64,000 nt of DNA from an uncultured virus (IMG/VR IMGVR_UViG_3300042465_006264) (IMGVR_UViG_3300042465_006264); one strand, 5' to 3'. Positions 31,072-41,576 are shown, counted from the stretch's first letter. Made by a program: numbers and translations. The notes: generated by a model from the sequence alone, not told the origin.

Positions 31072-32934
31072 ATGAGTAATTTGCCTCCAACACTTCAACA
31101 TATCTTAAAACAAAGATATGAAAATAAGGTGCTCTTGGAAAAAAGAAAAGAGCAAGAAGATCCATTCTTGGAGCAATACCCAAGATATAAAGCTGTTGGT
31201 GAATTTGGAGGACAGGCTTTAGAGAGATTAAAAGAAATTGGAACTGATCCTGAAACATACAAAATGGCAGCTCTTGCCACGTTACTTGGTATAGCATTTC
31301 CACCATCTATTCCCTTTATAATAGCAGGGGCTGCTGGTGCTGGTACATATAGTGCATATCAACAAGCCCAATCTGGTAACTATGGAGCAGCAGCAGTTGA
31401 TGTTGGACTAGGCGTGTTACCTCTAGGAACCAAGGGTGGAAGAGCATCTTTTAAACCCGGTGCAGCAAAGAATGTTAGAGCAAGACCTGTTGCTGCACCA
31501 GAAGCAGCCGCTTCTCCATCAGTGCTTGCAAATCTTAGACAAAGAATGCAAGCAGCCCAACAACCACCAGATGTTGCTTTTAAAATTCCCGAACCAAAAC
31601 CACCAAAAGAATTTGCTGATGTATTATGGGATGCAAGCAAAGGAGTTTCTGAATTACCACCTCTTACCCCGTGGGAATTAGTTCAAGCAGAAATGCGTTT
31701 GACTTCACCACCGAGACAAGGTATGCCTGGGACTACGGTAAGAGGTGTTGATGGAAAGCCTACACGGGTATCACCATATGGTTTAACTGATAAAGAAATA
31801 AGAAGAATTGAAAAATTTGGAAACGCTGCAGAAAAAGATATAATCTCCAAAGCAAAACAAAGAAAAGTAGGAAGAGCAATAGGTGGTGAAGTAGGAGAAA
31901 GAATCGCTTCATCTGAAAGCCCCTTTATAAAGGGAGTTGTAGACAAATATTATCAAACTCAAAGAGAAGCGGGCTGGGCTCCCCAAGAACCATCTATTGG
32001 TCAAGCCAGAGAAACATTTAGGAGATCTGGAATACCAGTAGTTCCTCTTGAAATAACACAACCAAAACAACCAGAAATTGTAATGAGACCTGTGATTGTT
32101 CTCCAGCCATATCAATATTCAAATAGAGCCGAATATATTCAAGCAGTTCAAAAAGAAGTGCGTAAGAAATTAACTGATGAAGAAATAGCCGAACTTTCAA
32201 AAGTTTATGACGAATCTGTACGACACGCAGGATATGGCGCAAGAACACTTCCTATTGAACCAGTTCACAGTGTAGAATATTCTGATGGGTTTACTTCTAA
32301 AAAGGCACCTATGCCCGAAACACTAAGAAAAGCAGCAAGTGGTGCAGGTGTTGCAGTGGAATTGGCCACAACGGGTGGAGCAAAAACTGTAGAGATTCCG
32401 CCTCCACAACCACCTGCGGTTGTAGAAGTAGTACCTTCAACATCAAGAGCCATTGAAACAACTAAAGTTCCAAGTGTTCCAGAAACAAGACCAACAACTG
32501 GTGTAAGCAAAACACAAAGCACTGCAAAATCTACCACACAAATTCCAGTTCCAGTTTCTTCAGAAGAAAAACCAGTTTCTTCTGAAGAACCAGAAAAAGA
32601 AAAACAAGTTGACACTTCTCAAGATTCCGAGGTTACTAAAGAACAACAAAAGCAAATTGATCAATACAATCAAATAACTCCAGCAATTGCTGCTGCAAGT
32701 CTTTTCTTTCCGTTTAAAGGTTCACCAAATCTTCCCCCTAAAGAAATACCACAAATACCTAGAGAACCTTTGGCAAAAAGAAAATTCCAAATTGAACCAA
32801 CAAAACAAGAAAAGAAACAACCATCGGATTTACAAGATTTAGTGGCTTTACTTGCTCCAGATAGTGAAGAATTAAGAACAGCACTAAAAAGAGGCCAGTT
32901 AGGTCAAATTAGTGGATATTATCAATTAGCGTGA
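31072..32934 (+). CDS. Putative internal virion protein with Gly/Ala-rich pre-toxin-TG-like helices
   Basis: LLE site near N-terminus; AGTYSAYQQAQSGNYGAAAVDVGLGVLP; low-complexity C-terminal half. Confidence 0.55.
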   Translation: MSNLPPTLQHILKQRYENKVLLEKRKEQEDPFLEQYPRYKAVGEFGGQALERLKEIGTDPETYKMAALATLLGIAFPPSIPFIIAGAAGAGTYSAYQQAQSGNYGAAAVDVGLGVLPLGTKGGRASFKPGAAKNVRARPVAAPEAAASPSVLANLRQRMQAAQQPPDVAFKIPEPKPPKEFADVLWDASKGVSELPPLTPWELVQAEMRLTSPPRQGMPGTTVRGVDGKPTRVSPYGLTDKEIRRIEKFGNAAEKDIISKAKQRKVGRAIGGEVGERIASSESPFIKGVVDKYYQTQREAGWAPQEPSIGQARETFRRSGIPVVPLEITQPKQPEIVMRPVIVLQPYQYSNRAEYIQAVQKEVRKKLTDEEIAELSKVYDESVRHAGYGARTLPIEPVHSVEYSDGFTSKKAPMPETLRKAASGAGVAVELATTGGAKTVEIPPPQPPAVVEVVPSTSRAIETTKVPSVPETRPTTGVSKTQSTAKSTTQIPVPVSSEEKPVSSEEPEKEKQVDTSQDSEVTKEQQKQIDQYNQITPAIAAASLFFPFKGSPNLPPKEIPQIPREPLAKRKFQIEPTKQEKKQPSDLQDLVALLAPDSEELRTALKRGQLGQISGYYQLA

Positions 32935-32948
32935 TATAATATATTATA

Positions 32949-33611
32949 GTGTGTACATTTAAAACTTTTAATCATAAATTCATCGATATAAAATCCGAAA
33001 TTAAAGAAGTAGAAGTAGACGGAAAACGTTTTTATTCTACTCCCGGTGGTGTATTTCCTAGTGTAACAACTGTTACTGGATTTGAGAAAAAACAATTTTT
33101 TGCTGAATGGCGAGAAAAGAATCCAGAAGAAAGCAAAAGGGTTACAGTTCGTGGTACAAAATTTCATAGCACGATTGAATCCTATTTGAGAAATGAACCG
33201 ATAGACTTAGAGAATATGTTACCAGGAAATAAGGCTTTATTTTTATTATTAAAACCAGAACTTGATAAAATTGATAACATTCTAGCATTAGAAACAGCCC
33301 TTTGGTCAAAAACTGTTGGGCTTGCTGGTCGTACTGATTGTATTGCAGAATACGATGGTAAATTATCAATAATAGATTTTAAAGCCAGCAGCAAAGAAAA
33401 GAAAAAAAGCCACGTAGACAATTATTTTACACAAGCAACAGCATATTCATTAATGTTTCAAGAGAGGACTGGAATTAAAATAGATAATTTTGCAATTTTA
33501 ATTGCTTGTGAAGATGGTATAAGACAAGTATTTGAAGATAAACCAATTAGATATGTAAAAGAATTGCATAAAATAATAAAAAAATATAAGGAATCCAATG
33601 GAAATTCATAA
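32949..33611 (+). CDS. PD-(D/E)XK (Cas4-like) exonuclease of T4-like phages
   Basis: FPSVTTV, RGTKFH, AGRTDC, IIDFK, QATAY. Confidence 0.9.
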   Translation: MCTFKTFNHKFIDIKSEIKEVEVDGKRFYSTPGGVFPSVTTVTGFEKKQFFAEWREKNPEESKRVTVRGTKFHSTIESYLRNEPIDLENMLPGNKALFLLLKPELDKIDNILALETALWSKTVGLAGRTDCIAEYDGKLSIIDFKASSKEKKKSHVDNYFTQATAYSLMFQERTGIKIDNFAILIACEDGIRQVFEDKPIRYVKELHKIIKKYKESNGNS

Positions 33612-34176
33612 CATCAGAACTGAAACAGATGAAGTTAACAGACCCGGTTCAAGAATCTGGTTAATGATGAATGATAATTCAAAGGCAAAAATTTTAAGAG
33701 ATCAATTTATTTCAAAACATGGTGGATCTTTTTACAGAGATGGTAGAACTTGGAAATGGAGATCTCCTGTAACTGAAAAAAATGGGTATTGGCTAAAAAG
33801 GGTAGATACCCAAGAAAAAGTATTTTTTGAAAGCATGACTGAATTTGGAAACAAGCATGGTTTAACTCCAGTAAAAATTTGTGAATTATTGAATGGAAAA
33901 AGAAAAACATATAAAGGCTGGACTGCTGTAGAAATACGAGCCGTAAAGGAAGGGGTGGGCTCCAACATAAAAGAAAAAGAGAAAAAGAAAATAAAGATAA
34001 AATCTTATAACGGTGCTACATTTCAAAATATAGTGACCAAAGAAGTATTTTACATAGATAATATTTTTCAATTTTGCAAGGACAATGGGTTGTGCAGCAG
34101 TAATCTTTATAAAGTAGCAACTGGGAAGGCAAAAAGTTATAAAAATTTAAAATTGTATAATCCTTTGGAGACCTAA
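33598..34176 (+). CDS. Protein with two NUMOD1-like DNA-binding modules
   Basis: FESMTEF..HGL..I..LLNGKRKTYKGW and IFQFCKDNGL..NLYKVATGKAKSYK. Confidence 0.6.
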   Translation: MEIHNIRTETDEVNRPGSRIWLMMNDNSKAKILRDQFISKHGGSFYRDGRTWKWRSPVTEKNGYWLKRVDTQEKVFFESMTEFGNKHGLTPVKICELLNGKRKTYKGWTAVEIRAVKEGVGSNIKEKEKKKIKIKSYNGATFQNIVTKEVFYIDNIFQFCKDNGLCSSNLYKVATGKAKSYKNLKLYNPLET

Positions 34177-34196
34177 AATTATCATAAATAATTTAG

Positions 34197-36569
34197 ATGA
34201 ACTTCAAAGATCTACTAAATTTATTGGAACAAAAGCGTTCTACAGCCGATTCTTTCCGTACTACTGGTGAAGCCATGGAAAAGGATAAGATAAAGTCTTC
34301 TTCTGCCACCGATAAGCAAAAAGATGCAGAAAGAAAGCGCAAAGAGCGTGCTAGACAAATTCCAAGAGAGCGTAGGTCAAAAGACCAACTCATTAAAGAA
34401 GTAATCGCAGTAAAAACACCATCTGGAAGAGTTCAACTTATCTTCAAGGATTCATTTGATAAGAGTAAGCATCAAAAAATTAATAAAAATGAAAGTATGA
34501 CTATGGAAGAAGCCCGTGCATTGACGGGTGATCCAAAGTTTGAACAAACAGGTGCATCAAAACTTTTGTTTGGAAATGTAAGAGAAAAAGAATCCAAGAA
34601 AACCGATAAAGGTAAAATTTCTGGAAAAGAAACAGATAAAAAGGTAACACAGTCACAAGATTCTGAATCCGAGGGGGCTGAGGGAAAACCTCAGCAAAAA
34701 GAAGCAAAGAAATTATCTAAACAAGATATCTTTGAGTTGATGACTCAGATGACTCCTGAGCAATTAAATCAAATTCCATTTGAAATGCGTCAAGAGTATT
34801 TCAAAATGGTAAGAAATCCACCGACAAACAGTAGTTTTGATTCTATGACCTTTGAGGCATTAGCCAATAAGTTTGGAATCAATCCACTATCTACAGCATC
34901 TTATAATCAACAAGTATTGAATGCATTGATATTTTTGGCCAAGATAAAGGCTGGCGCTGGAGAACAAGAACTTGAATCTTATACAGCAATTGCTCCAAAT
35001 GCATTAGATTTCACTAAAAACGCCTTTGAACAAGCCAAAAAAATTCTTTCACAAATTGGTGAAGCGTGCATTCAAAATCTTGTTGCAAGCGTTGAAAGTG
35101 GTTCAAAGACCATATTTGCGGAAGGTAACGTGGATATGGAATGTGGGAACTATAAATTCAATATATCTGCTGGTGGTGAGTTTTCCCTAACCACAGATAA
35201 ATTTGATCAAAGCAGTAAGTCTTTTAGAGGATTAATTAAAAATTCTTTGGCTACAGCTTTGTCCACCACAAATTTAGAAAAAGATCCAAAATTTTCTAAG
35301 TTTGCTCAAACAATATCTACGGTTGGATCAAAGTTTTCAACTATGTTGCTTTCTAAAGAAGCAATATCAGCCATTCAAAATAACCCGCAATTGGCTTCTC
35401 AGTTAGAAAATGTAAGTCTAACAGATAGTGAAGGAAGAGAAATCGGTAAACTATTTGATGAAAATGGAAAAGTAAATAAATTGGCATCATTAGATGGTTA
35501 TCAACAAGAGATAACAAAATCTGCTCCTTCGTTATTTAAAAATGCCCAAAATAAAATTTCTGAGTTTAGTGATGTATTCGTGAAAAATATTTTAAAAACA
35601 TATTATCGTGGTGATATGTTGAAGAAGCCAGAAGAGTCACCAACACACTTAGTTACACAAAATGGAATATTTCCAATGAGTGACGAATATTTTGATGAAA
35701 TTGCAAAATCAGCATCTGTCTCTGTTAAATCATCTTCTACAATCACATCAAAAGATAATATTAAACAAAGGCAAGATAGTCAATCAGAGATAACTAGAAG
35801 ATTTGCAACTGTTGTAGAACAAAAACAAGAGTTAGATTTAAATTCTTTATTCGTATCAAAAGACAATATAAATCCAGTTCAAATTGCTATGGACTATATT
35901 GCTAATAATATGGATTTTGATATAAATGTAAGTTTGATACCAGGATTTAAAACATCTGATCTAAACACTATACAATACAATTATGTAAGAATCAATGGTA
36001 AAACAATAAAAATACCAGTTGAAAAAACAGATACACTAAAAACATTTGTAAATGAAAATGCAGTTTTGTTTATAAATTATCTCTTAACAGAATCTCTTAC
36101 AAATAATTTTATTCTTTCTTCATTATTGAATTCAAAGTTATTAACAGATGCTGAAGCTGCTGCACTAGTACAACCTGGGATATTAACTGAAGACAATGGC
36201 ACTTTAAAAAATATTTTTCATCAAGTTTCTTCCCGTGCCATTGCCTTTCCAGAAATGTTGATGGCAGTTTTAAATCAAAGAGAAAAACAATTACAAGAAG
36301 CAAAGAAAAGAAATTATGCCATGGAATATAGAAATTATCATGGCAAACCAAAACAAAGAAAAGAGCGTGCCAAAAGAACTAAAGCGCGTGAGCAAATGAT
36401 AAAAAAGGGCCGTGTTAAAAAAGGTGATGGGAAAGACATAGATCATAAAAAAGCCTTAAGACATGGTGGTTCTAATGGCATAAATAATTTACGAGTTCGC
36501 AATAAATCGGAAAATAGATCAGACAATGGCCACTCAAAAGGCGAGAAACAAGATAAGGATTGGAAGTAA
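34197..36569 (+). CDS. Large late protein with CTS-like N-terminus and C-terminal HNH module
   Basis: MNFKDLLNLLE; RNYAMEY...DGKDIDHKK..GGSN..NLRV..SENR. Confidence 0.7.
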   Translation: MNFKDLLNLLEQKRSTADSFRTTGEAMEKDKIKSSSATDKQKDAERKRKERARQIPRERRSKDQLIKEVIAVKTPSGRVQLIFKDSFDKSKHQKINKNESMTMEEARALTGDPKFEQTGASKLLFGNVREKESKKTDKGKISGKETDKKVTQSQDSESEGAEGKPQQKEAKKLSKQDIFELMTQMTPEQLNQIPFEMRQEYFKMVRNPPTNSSFDSMTFEALANKFGINPLSTASYNQQVLNALIFLAKIKAGAGEQELESYTAIAPNALDFTKNAFEQAKKILSQIGEACIQNLVASVESGSKTIFAEGNVDMECGNYKFNISAGGEFSLTTDKFDQSSKSFRGLIKNSLATALSTTNLEKDPKFSKFAQTISTVGSKFSTMLLSKEAISAIQNNPQLASQLENVSLTDSEGREIGKLFDENGKVNKLASLDGYQQEITKSAPSLFKNAQNKISEFSDVFVKNILKTYYRGDMLKKPEESPTHLVTQNGIFPMSDEYFDEIAKSASVSVKSSSTITSKDNIKQRQDSQSEITRRFATVVEQKQELDLNSLFVSKDNINPVQIAMDYIANNMDFDINVSLIPGFKTSDLNTIQYNYVRINGKTIKIPVEKTDTLKTFVNENAVLFINYLLTESLTNNFILSSLLNSKLLTDAEAAALVQPGILTEDNGTLKNIFHQVSSRAIAFPEMLMAVLNQREKQLQEAKKRNYAMEYRNYHGKPKQRKERAKRTKAREQMIKKGRVKKGDGKDIDHKKALRHGGSNGINNLRVRNKSENRSDNGHSKGEKQDKDWK

Positions 36570-37720
36570 TGAACCGCAAGACAAAATTACTAGTTGAAAA
36601 AGTCTTTGAACGCTCCGGTTTAGGTAAGTGGTTCAATAAGGAATCTGCTGGTGGTGGCCCCGGCTGGGATCGTTATAATACCAAGGGAGAGCGTGTTGGT
36701 AAGTGTGGTGATGCAGATGAGGGAGATGCCTACTCCGCTTGTCTAAGCCGTCAGAAGGCCGATAAACTAGGAAAGGGTGGCATTGCATCATTTGTTCGTC
36801 GCAAGAGATCTGCTCAAAAGAAAGCAGGCCGTGGTAAAAAGGGATCTATAAAAGGAAAAGGAAAAAAGCCAGTATTTGTAAAGACTGGTGTTACTGATAT
36901 AAAGGAAACATATGACACCTTTATCGTTGAAAGCCATTCAAATGTTTTTCAAATGAATTTTACTCCAATAGAAGCATGGGAACTACTTCCATGTGATCTT
37001 ATAATTAATGAATCTGGAGAAGTATTTGATATCGATTATATAGAAGAGTCTAATGATAATTTACTAGTTGTAATGACAAATGAAGACGGAGAATTCATTA
37101 CTGAAAACTTTTCTAAAGATACTGTTATGGGATTTTTAGATAATTTAGAAGAAGCAGCATTCAATGAATTTGGTGATAAAATCGAAATATATGAATCTGA
37201 AGGTAAAAAAGTTAAACTCAACAAGATAATGCGCGGTGATGTTAAGAAGTATAAAGTTTATGTAAAAAATGATAAGGGCAATGTTGTTAAGGTAAACTTC
37301 GGTGATCCCAACATGGAAATCAAGCGGGATGACCCAGCACGCAGAAAGAACTTCCGTGCCCGTCATAACTGTGATAACCCTGGTCCTCGTTGGAAAGCAA
37401 GATATTGGGCTTGCAAAACATGGAGTGCCACGCCGGTTAGTTCTATGTTAAAAGAGGAACTAGAGTGCTTGGAAGAAGGAAAGAAAAATAAAGCTAAAGA
37501 TCCAAAAAAATGGAGTTCCTGTATCGCACAAGCAAAACAAAAATTTGATGTTTATCCAAGTGCTTATGCCAATGCATGGGCTGCTAAATGCTATAAGAGT
37601 AAGGGTGGTAAATGGAAAGCAGTGTCTGAAAGCATTGCCGAAGAAATTTACAACAGCCTTAAAGATAAAAAATACGATCCAGATTTGTTTAATTTAATAA
37701 AACAAAGAAAATTTAATTGA
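36569..37720 (+). CDS. Modular late (probably virion-internal) protein with several small basic phage domains
   Basis: GLGKWF..KCG; VNFGDPNM..RRKNFRARHNC..ARYWAC; KFDVYPSAYAN..YKSKGG, separated by LxE-rich linkers. Confidence 0.7.
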   Translation: MNRKTKLLVEKVFERSGLGKWFNKESAGGGPGWDRYNTKGERVGKCGDADEGDAYSACLSRQKADKLGKGGIASFVRRKRSAQKKAGRGKKGSIKGKGKKPVFVKTGVTDIKETYDTFIVESHSNVFQMNFTPIEAWELLPCDLIINESGEVFDIDYIEESNDNLLVVMTNEDGEFITENFSKDTVMGFLDNLEEAAFNEFGDKIEIYESEGKKVKLNKIMRGDVKKYKVYVKNDKGNVVKVNFGDPNMEIKRDDPARRKNFRARHNCDNPGPRWKARYWACKTWSATPVSSMLKEELECLEEGKKNKAKDPKKWSSCIAQAKQKFDVYPSAYANAWAAKCYKSKGGKWKAVSESIAEEIYNSLKDKKYDPDLFNLIKQRKFN

Positions 37721-37739
37721 TCTAAATAAAAGAGAAGCC

Positions 37740-38273
37740 ATGAAATTCAAACAATTACTTAAAAAAATCGAACCAATAAATGAAAATTCAGGTGAGCAAA
37801 CCTTTGGTGGTGGTTTATTCATCGGTGATCCACAAGCACCAAGAATGCCAAGTCCCTTAACAGATAAGGGCACTTTTAATCTTAAACTTCCACGATCAAT
37901 TGATGCAATCAATGCACTTCTTTTTGGATTAAGTCAGAGAGATTATATTGATCCAGATAGCATCTTATCAACAGTAAAAGAAAAATTAAATCACTTTGGT
38001 TTAGATTTTGAATATAAGTCTTCTCTACAAGACGGCGAAAATTCATATAAATTATATCAATACGGTAGTCCTTACATTGGAGTATATGGTCAAAATCCAT
38101 ATCAAGATGTAAATAAAACTGGTTTTAGCCAAGGTGATGGCATATCTGAAAAGATGGGTCATGGATTAAAACTATTAGCAACTGTAATAAAGCAACCTAA
38201 TTCTCTTCGTAAAGTTCAAATGGTAATTGTGCCAGATATGGGTTCTGATGAAAATTGTGGTTGTATGCACTGA
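37740..38273 (+). CDS. Late hypothetical protein with CTS-like N-terminus
   Basis: CTAAATA upstream; MKFKQLLKKIEPINE. Confidence 0.6.
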   Translation: MKFKQLLKKIEPINENSGEQTFGGGLFIGDPQAPRMPSPLTDKGTFNLKLPRSIDAINALLFGLSQRDYIDPDSILSTVKEKLNHFGLDFEYKSSLQDGENSYKLYQYGSPYIGVYGQNPYQDVNKTGFSQGDGISEKMGHGLKLLATVIKQPNSLRKVQMVIVPDMGSDENCGCMH

Positions 38274-38280
38274 AAAAAAT

Positions 38281-38676
38281 ATGGAGAAAGATTCTTTAAC
38301 TGAGATTAATTTTATTAATTTCTGTCAAAAGAATTATTTTAATTCTCATTGTTCTGGGAAAACAGAATTTATTGATGATTTAAAACGTGTAAAATACGTT
38401 AAAAGATTAATTCAAAAAATTCACAAATATAAAACTATAAAATCCATAAGAGAACGATTGATATTAAATCATATCATCATTTTAAAAAATGTTTTTGGTG
38501 AAGAAAATTCAGCGAGAATACTTTTTTTTAAGTTAGAGCCAAAATTGCATTCTTATCTAAAATCTTTTTTAGTATTTTTAGAATATAAAATTACTAATAT
38601 ACCAGAAGCACAATATCATAAAATTAATACAGATCCCCGTATTGATAAAAAATTAGTTGGTTCAAAAACTAAATAA
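38281..38676 (+). CDS. Conserved T4-like phage hypothetical protein
   Basis: EFIDDLKRVKY..RERLILNHIIILKNVFG..LKSFLVFL. Confidence 0.75.
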   Translation: MEKDSLTEINFINFCQKNYFNSHCSGKTEFIDDLKRVKYVKRLIQKIHKYKTIKSIRERLILNHIIILKNVFGEENSARILFFKLEPKLHSYLKSFLVFLEYKITNIPEAQYHKINTDPRIDKKLVGSKTK

Positions 38677-38681
38677 TTTAG

Positions 38682-40424
38682 ATGAACCATATTCAGTATA
38701 TACCTTCATTCTATTTTTATAAGTTTGCAAATGCTATAAGTGCTCCTTATACTGCATTGAGTGCATACAGTAATGGTTTAATTGATGAAAGTGGAAATAT
38801 AATTTCAAATGAAGGTTCTTTAGATGACTTTGAGTATTTTGTAATAAAGTTAAAAAAAATCTTTGAAGATCTTCCACCAGGATTAACAAAAAGTAGACTC
38901 ACCAATGTTTCTTCTATAATGCAATTATTTTCAGAAGAAATTGAAAAAATTGGAATAACACAAGAACAATTAATATGTCTTATTGAAGCACATGTAATAT
39001 TAAACAGTGATAATACTGTAAGTTTTATAGAGTTGCTTGAAGATATTGGTACTGGTGCTATGTCAACTGGTTCGAATCCTGGAGAGTTGGGCACACCAGC
39101 GGAGGCTCCAGAGGCAAATAAAGGAAATGTATCTGGTTATGATCCTCGTTTAGGTGAAATACTTACTAGAAGTCAACCGGTTAACATGTTCGCCAATGTT
39201 GAAATGTTTAGTGTTCCATCTCAAGAATTTAAAGCATTTAAACAATCAAAGACATGGAGACATTTGCCAGATAGTCCAACAAAAAGATATCTTCAGCGTT
39301 TCCAAAGAAGAAACAAAGAAGGTAAAATGGCAGTTCGTGATGAATCAAGTGGTGAAATTTTCTTTGTACCGTACAAAGAAAAAAGTTTTATGGAAGAGTT
39401 TAATTTAGAAGGATTATCTATTTTGAGTGAACAAAGAGATTTTACAGAACCATTCCGAGCTGCTTTGGATGCTCTAAGGAGAGGTAATGAAACCGATAAT
39501 GATGGGAAGGTCACTAGAGGTGAATCAGGTGAAAGATTTGCTCAAATTGTTGCAAATATTTCCAATCTTAGTAATGCAATAAAACACGCAGGGATTCAAT
39601 CTGATGTTGTAGATAAATCTATTGAAATAGCACAAAAACAAGCAGACAAACCAGTTGCCAAACACGGAACAGATGCATATCTTTGGACTCCCGATGGAGA
39701 TTTTCAAGAAGTTGATGCAAAACAAGTTGACGCAGATCGTGGAAGAAGAATTTATCCCGGTGATGAACCACATGAATTAATTGCTGGATTGCCTGAATAT
39801 CAAGATTTAATGAAAGGGTTGCGATCTGGCGCACCAATTGAAGCGTTGAAGGGTTTAAATCGAAGGTTCAGAGAACAAACAAAACAAATTGCACCCGGTG
39901 TACGCACAATAAGCGACCCTTCAAAATTGTCTCCACAACAATCAGCCAATCAAACAATATTAACAAAATTTGTTGCTGGAACACCTACAATGCCTCAAGC
40001 ATTTATAAGAACACCAGGGAAAAAAACTCCAAATTATTGGGGTACCGGAACGGTTCCTCTTGTTCCAAAAGAGGTTCTTTCAGCAGCAAGTGGTGAATCT
40101 AGAGCAACTTTTAATACGAGAGTATTTCAAAGAAAAATTAAAGATGGAAAACAAATGCCACCGGAAAGTGAAATCTTTGTAAGAGGTGGAAATCCTTTTA
40201 GTAGAGGTGCTATGGAAAGAATGAGACAATTGAGTGGCTTAAAACCGGGAGAACCAATACGAAATTGGAGTGCAAGTTTTCAAGATGTGAATCGTTATGG
40301 TAAATCTAGAGGGCAAGAAATTTATGATTTAAGAATCGGTGAGCAAGATTGGAATGTAATCAAACCACATCTTAATGCGGATGTCGCTGCCGAGTATGAA
40401 AAAATTTTACGTGATATTGGATAA
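38682..40424 (+). CDS. Late modular protein; conserved N-terminal domain plus possible PD-(D/E)XK-like C-terminal domain
   Basis: AYSNGLIDESGN N-terminal motif; TDAYL...QEVDAK after an LSE site. Confidence 0.55.
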   Translation: MNHIQYIPSFYFYKFANAISAPYTALSAYSNGLIDESGNIISNEGSLDDFEYFVIKLKKIFEDLPPGLTKSRLTNVSSIMQLFSEEIEKIGITQEQLICLIEAHVILNSDNTVSFIELLEDIGTGAMSTGSNPGELGTPAEAPEANKGNVSGYDPRLGEILTRSQPVNMFANVEMFSVPSQEFKAFKQSKTWRHLPDSPTKRYLQRFQRRNKEGKMAVRDESSGEIFFVPYKEKSFMEEFNLEGLSILSEQRDFTEPFRAALDALRRGNETDNDGKVTRGESGERFAQIVANISNLSNAIKHAGIQSDVVDKSIEIAQKQADKPVAKHGTDAYLWTPDGDFQEVDAKQVDADRGRRIYPGDEPHELIAGLPEYQDLMKGLRSGAPIEALKGLNRRFREQTKQIAPGVRTISDPSKLSPQQSANQTILTKFVAGTPTMPQAFIRTPGKKTPNYWGTGTVPLVPKEVLSAASGESRATFNTRVFQRKIKDGKQMPPESEIFVRGGNPFSRGAMERMRQLSGLKPGEPIRNWSASFQDVNRYGKSRGQEIYDLRIGEQDWNVIKPHLNADVAAEYEKILRDIG

Positions 40425-40446
40425 AAAAATCCCCTTTCGGGGATTT
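40423..40446. terminator. Terminator between convergent genes
   Basis: AAATCCCC-TTTC-GGGGATTT; U-tract on the minus strand. Confidence 0.8.
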
Positions 40447-40447
40447 A

Positions 40448-40669
40448 TCAGTCTTGGATAAAATCTTTCTTTTTACAGCACTTAGGTTTTGTGCAAGAAT
40501 TTCTTTCTCTTGCTTCATTTATAATCTTTGTGTCTGCATCTTCCCATCCAGTTTTATATTCTTTCCAAAATGGATCAACTGAATAAATTGCTTGATTGGG
40601 GAGTTCACCACCACCCATACGACAAGTAAAACCTTTGTCATAACCTTCACCGGGTTTATAACCACTCAT
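40448..40669 (-). CDS. Small hypothetical protein
   Basis: GYDKGF...EYKTGWEDA. Confidence 0.6.
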   Translation of the reverse strand: MSGYKPGEGYDKGFTCRMGGGELPNQAIYSVDPFWKEYKTGWEDADTKIINEARERNSCTKPKCCKKKDFIQD

Positions 40670-41070
40670 ATAATATCCTTTCCATCTACCTTAATATGAT
40701 TAATAACTTTATCCAATGCCTTAACGTGAGCATATTGCTCAGTAATGGCAAGGTAGCCACGAATCTCAATTAGTTTGAGATATTCATCATGTGTGAACTG
40801 TACAACCTTAGATGGCTTAGGCTTTTGGCTTTTCTTTTGGTGTTTATCACCAAATTTACTAGTAACCTCTGGCTTCTTTAGATTATCAATATCATGAAAA
40901 TTCATGTACTCTTGAAGGTAATCCATTGGAGTTTGGTTCTGAATCATCTTCTCCCACATCTTTCTCAATTCTTCTTTGCTGCCATTGAAATAGAAAAATC
41001 CATTCTTTGGACGATAGATGTGGTCTGGGTTGTTATATTCCTCAAACTCGTTATTTTCAAAATTATCCAT
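40666..41070 (-). CDS. Hypothetical protein
   Basis: AAGGA RBS; overlaps the next gene. Confidence 0.6.
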   Translation of the reverse strand: MDNFENNEFEEYNNPDHIYRPKNGFFYFNGSKEELRKMWEKMIQNQTPMDYLQEYMNFHDIDNLKKPEVTSKFGDKHQKKSQKPKPSKVVQFTHDEYLKLIEIRGYLAITEQYAHVKALDKVINHIKVDGKDII

Positions 41071-41078
41071 ATATTCCT

Positions 41079-41375
41079 TTATTTGATATCAAAAAACTGT
41101 TCATACAAAACTTTGCCAGTTGGGTCTGTAACTGACATATAACGCACATGACGATCAAGTGCATCATTTATATTTATGGCATCATTCGGACCAAAAGACA
41201 GATTCTTGATCCATGCAGGACATCCACCCAAGGAAATACGAACTTCTACGCCGGTGGCATTAGTTCCATAAAAATCAAAGGTGGACTTTTCACCATCATA
41301 ATAAGTAAAGAAACAATCGATATTATCAAACTTTTTACGAACATCTGTGATGTTCATTTGAGTAGCATTAGCCAT
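41079..41375 (-). CDS. Hypothetical protein
   Basis: Start MANATQM overlaps the upstream small ORF stop. Confidence 0.55.
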   Translation of the reverse strand: MANATQMNITDVRKKFDNIDCFFTYYDGEKSTFDFYGTNATGVEVRISLGGCPAWIKNLSFGPNDAININDALDRHVRYMSVTDPTGKVLYEQFFDIK

Positions 41376-41541
41376 TGGGCAATCTCTTTTGCTTGACAGA
41401 CTTAGGAAGTTGGCCAATCCGGTCAAGCTCTCGGAGTGTACCAACCTTGGCGTTCATTAGGCTAGCAGCCCGCTGACGCTTTTGACGCTCATGCTTTCTT
41501 TTATGCTTACGATTAGTAACGCGTTGTTTTGAATTAGGCAT
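41368..41541 (-). CDS. Small basic protein (57 aa; not in ORF track)
   Basis: MPNSKQRVTNRKHKRKHERQKRQRAASL...; ATG 6 nt after a consensus -10. Confidence 0.65.
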   Translation of the reverse strand: MPNSKQRVTNRKHKRKHERQKRQRAASLMNAKVGTLRELDRIGQLPKSVKQKRLPNG

Positions 41542-41547
41542 AGTTAT

Positions 41548-41576
41548 ATTATATCACTTTCTTTGTTTCTTGTCAA
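41548..41576 (-). promoter_or_regulatory. Consensus promoter TTGACA-N17-TATAAT
   Basis: Perfect sigma70 consensus on the minus strand. Confidence 0.8.

Noticed and set aside
32949..33611. Cas4 as evidence of a CRISPR system
   Set aside because: Ordinary T4-like PD-(D/E)XK exonuclease; no cas neighbours or array
36950..37060. Hint/intein-like fragment (IEAWELLPCDLI) in the 36569 protein
   Set aside because: No N-terminal Cys block or C-terminal HN; resemblance too weak
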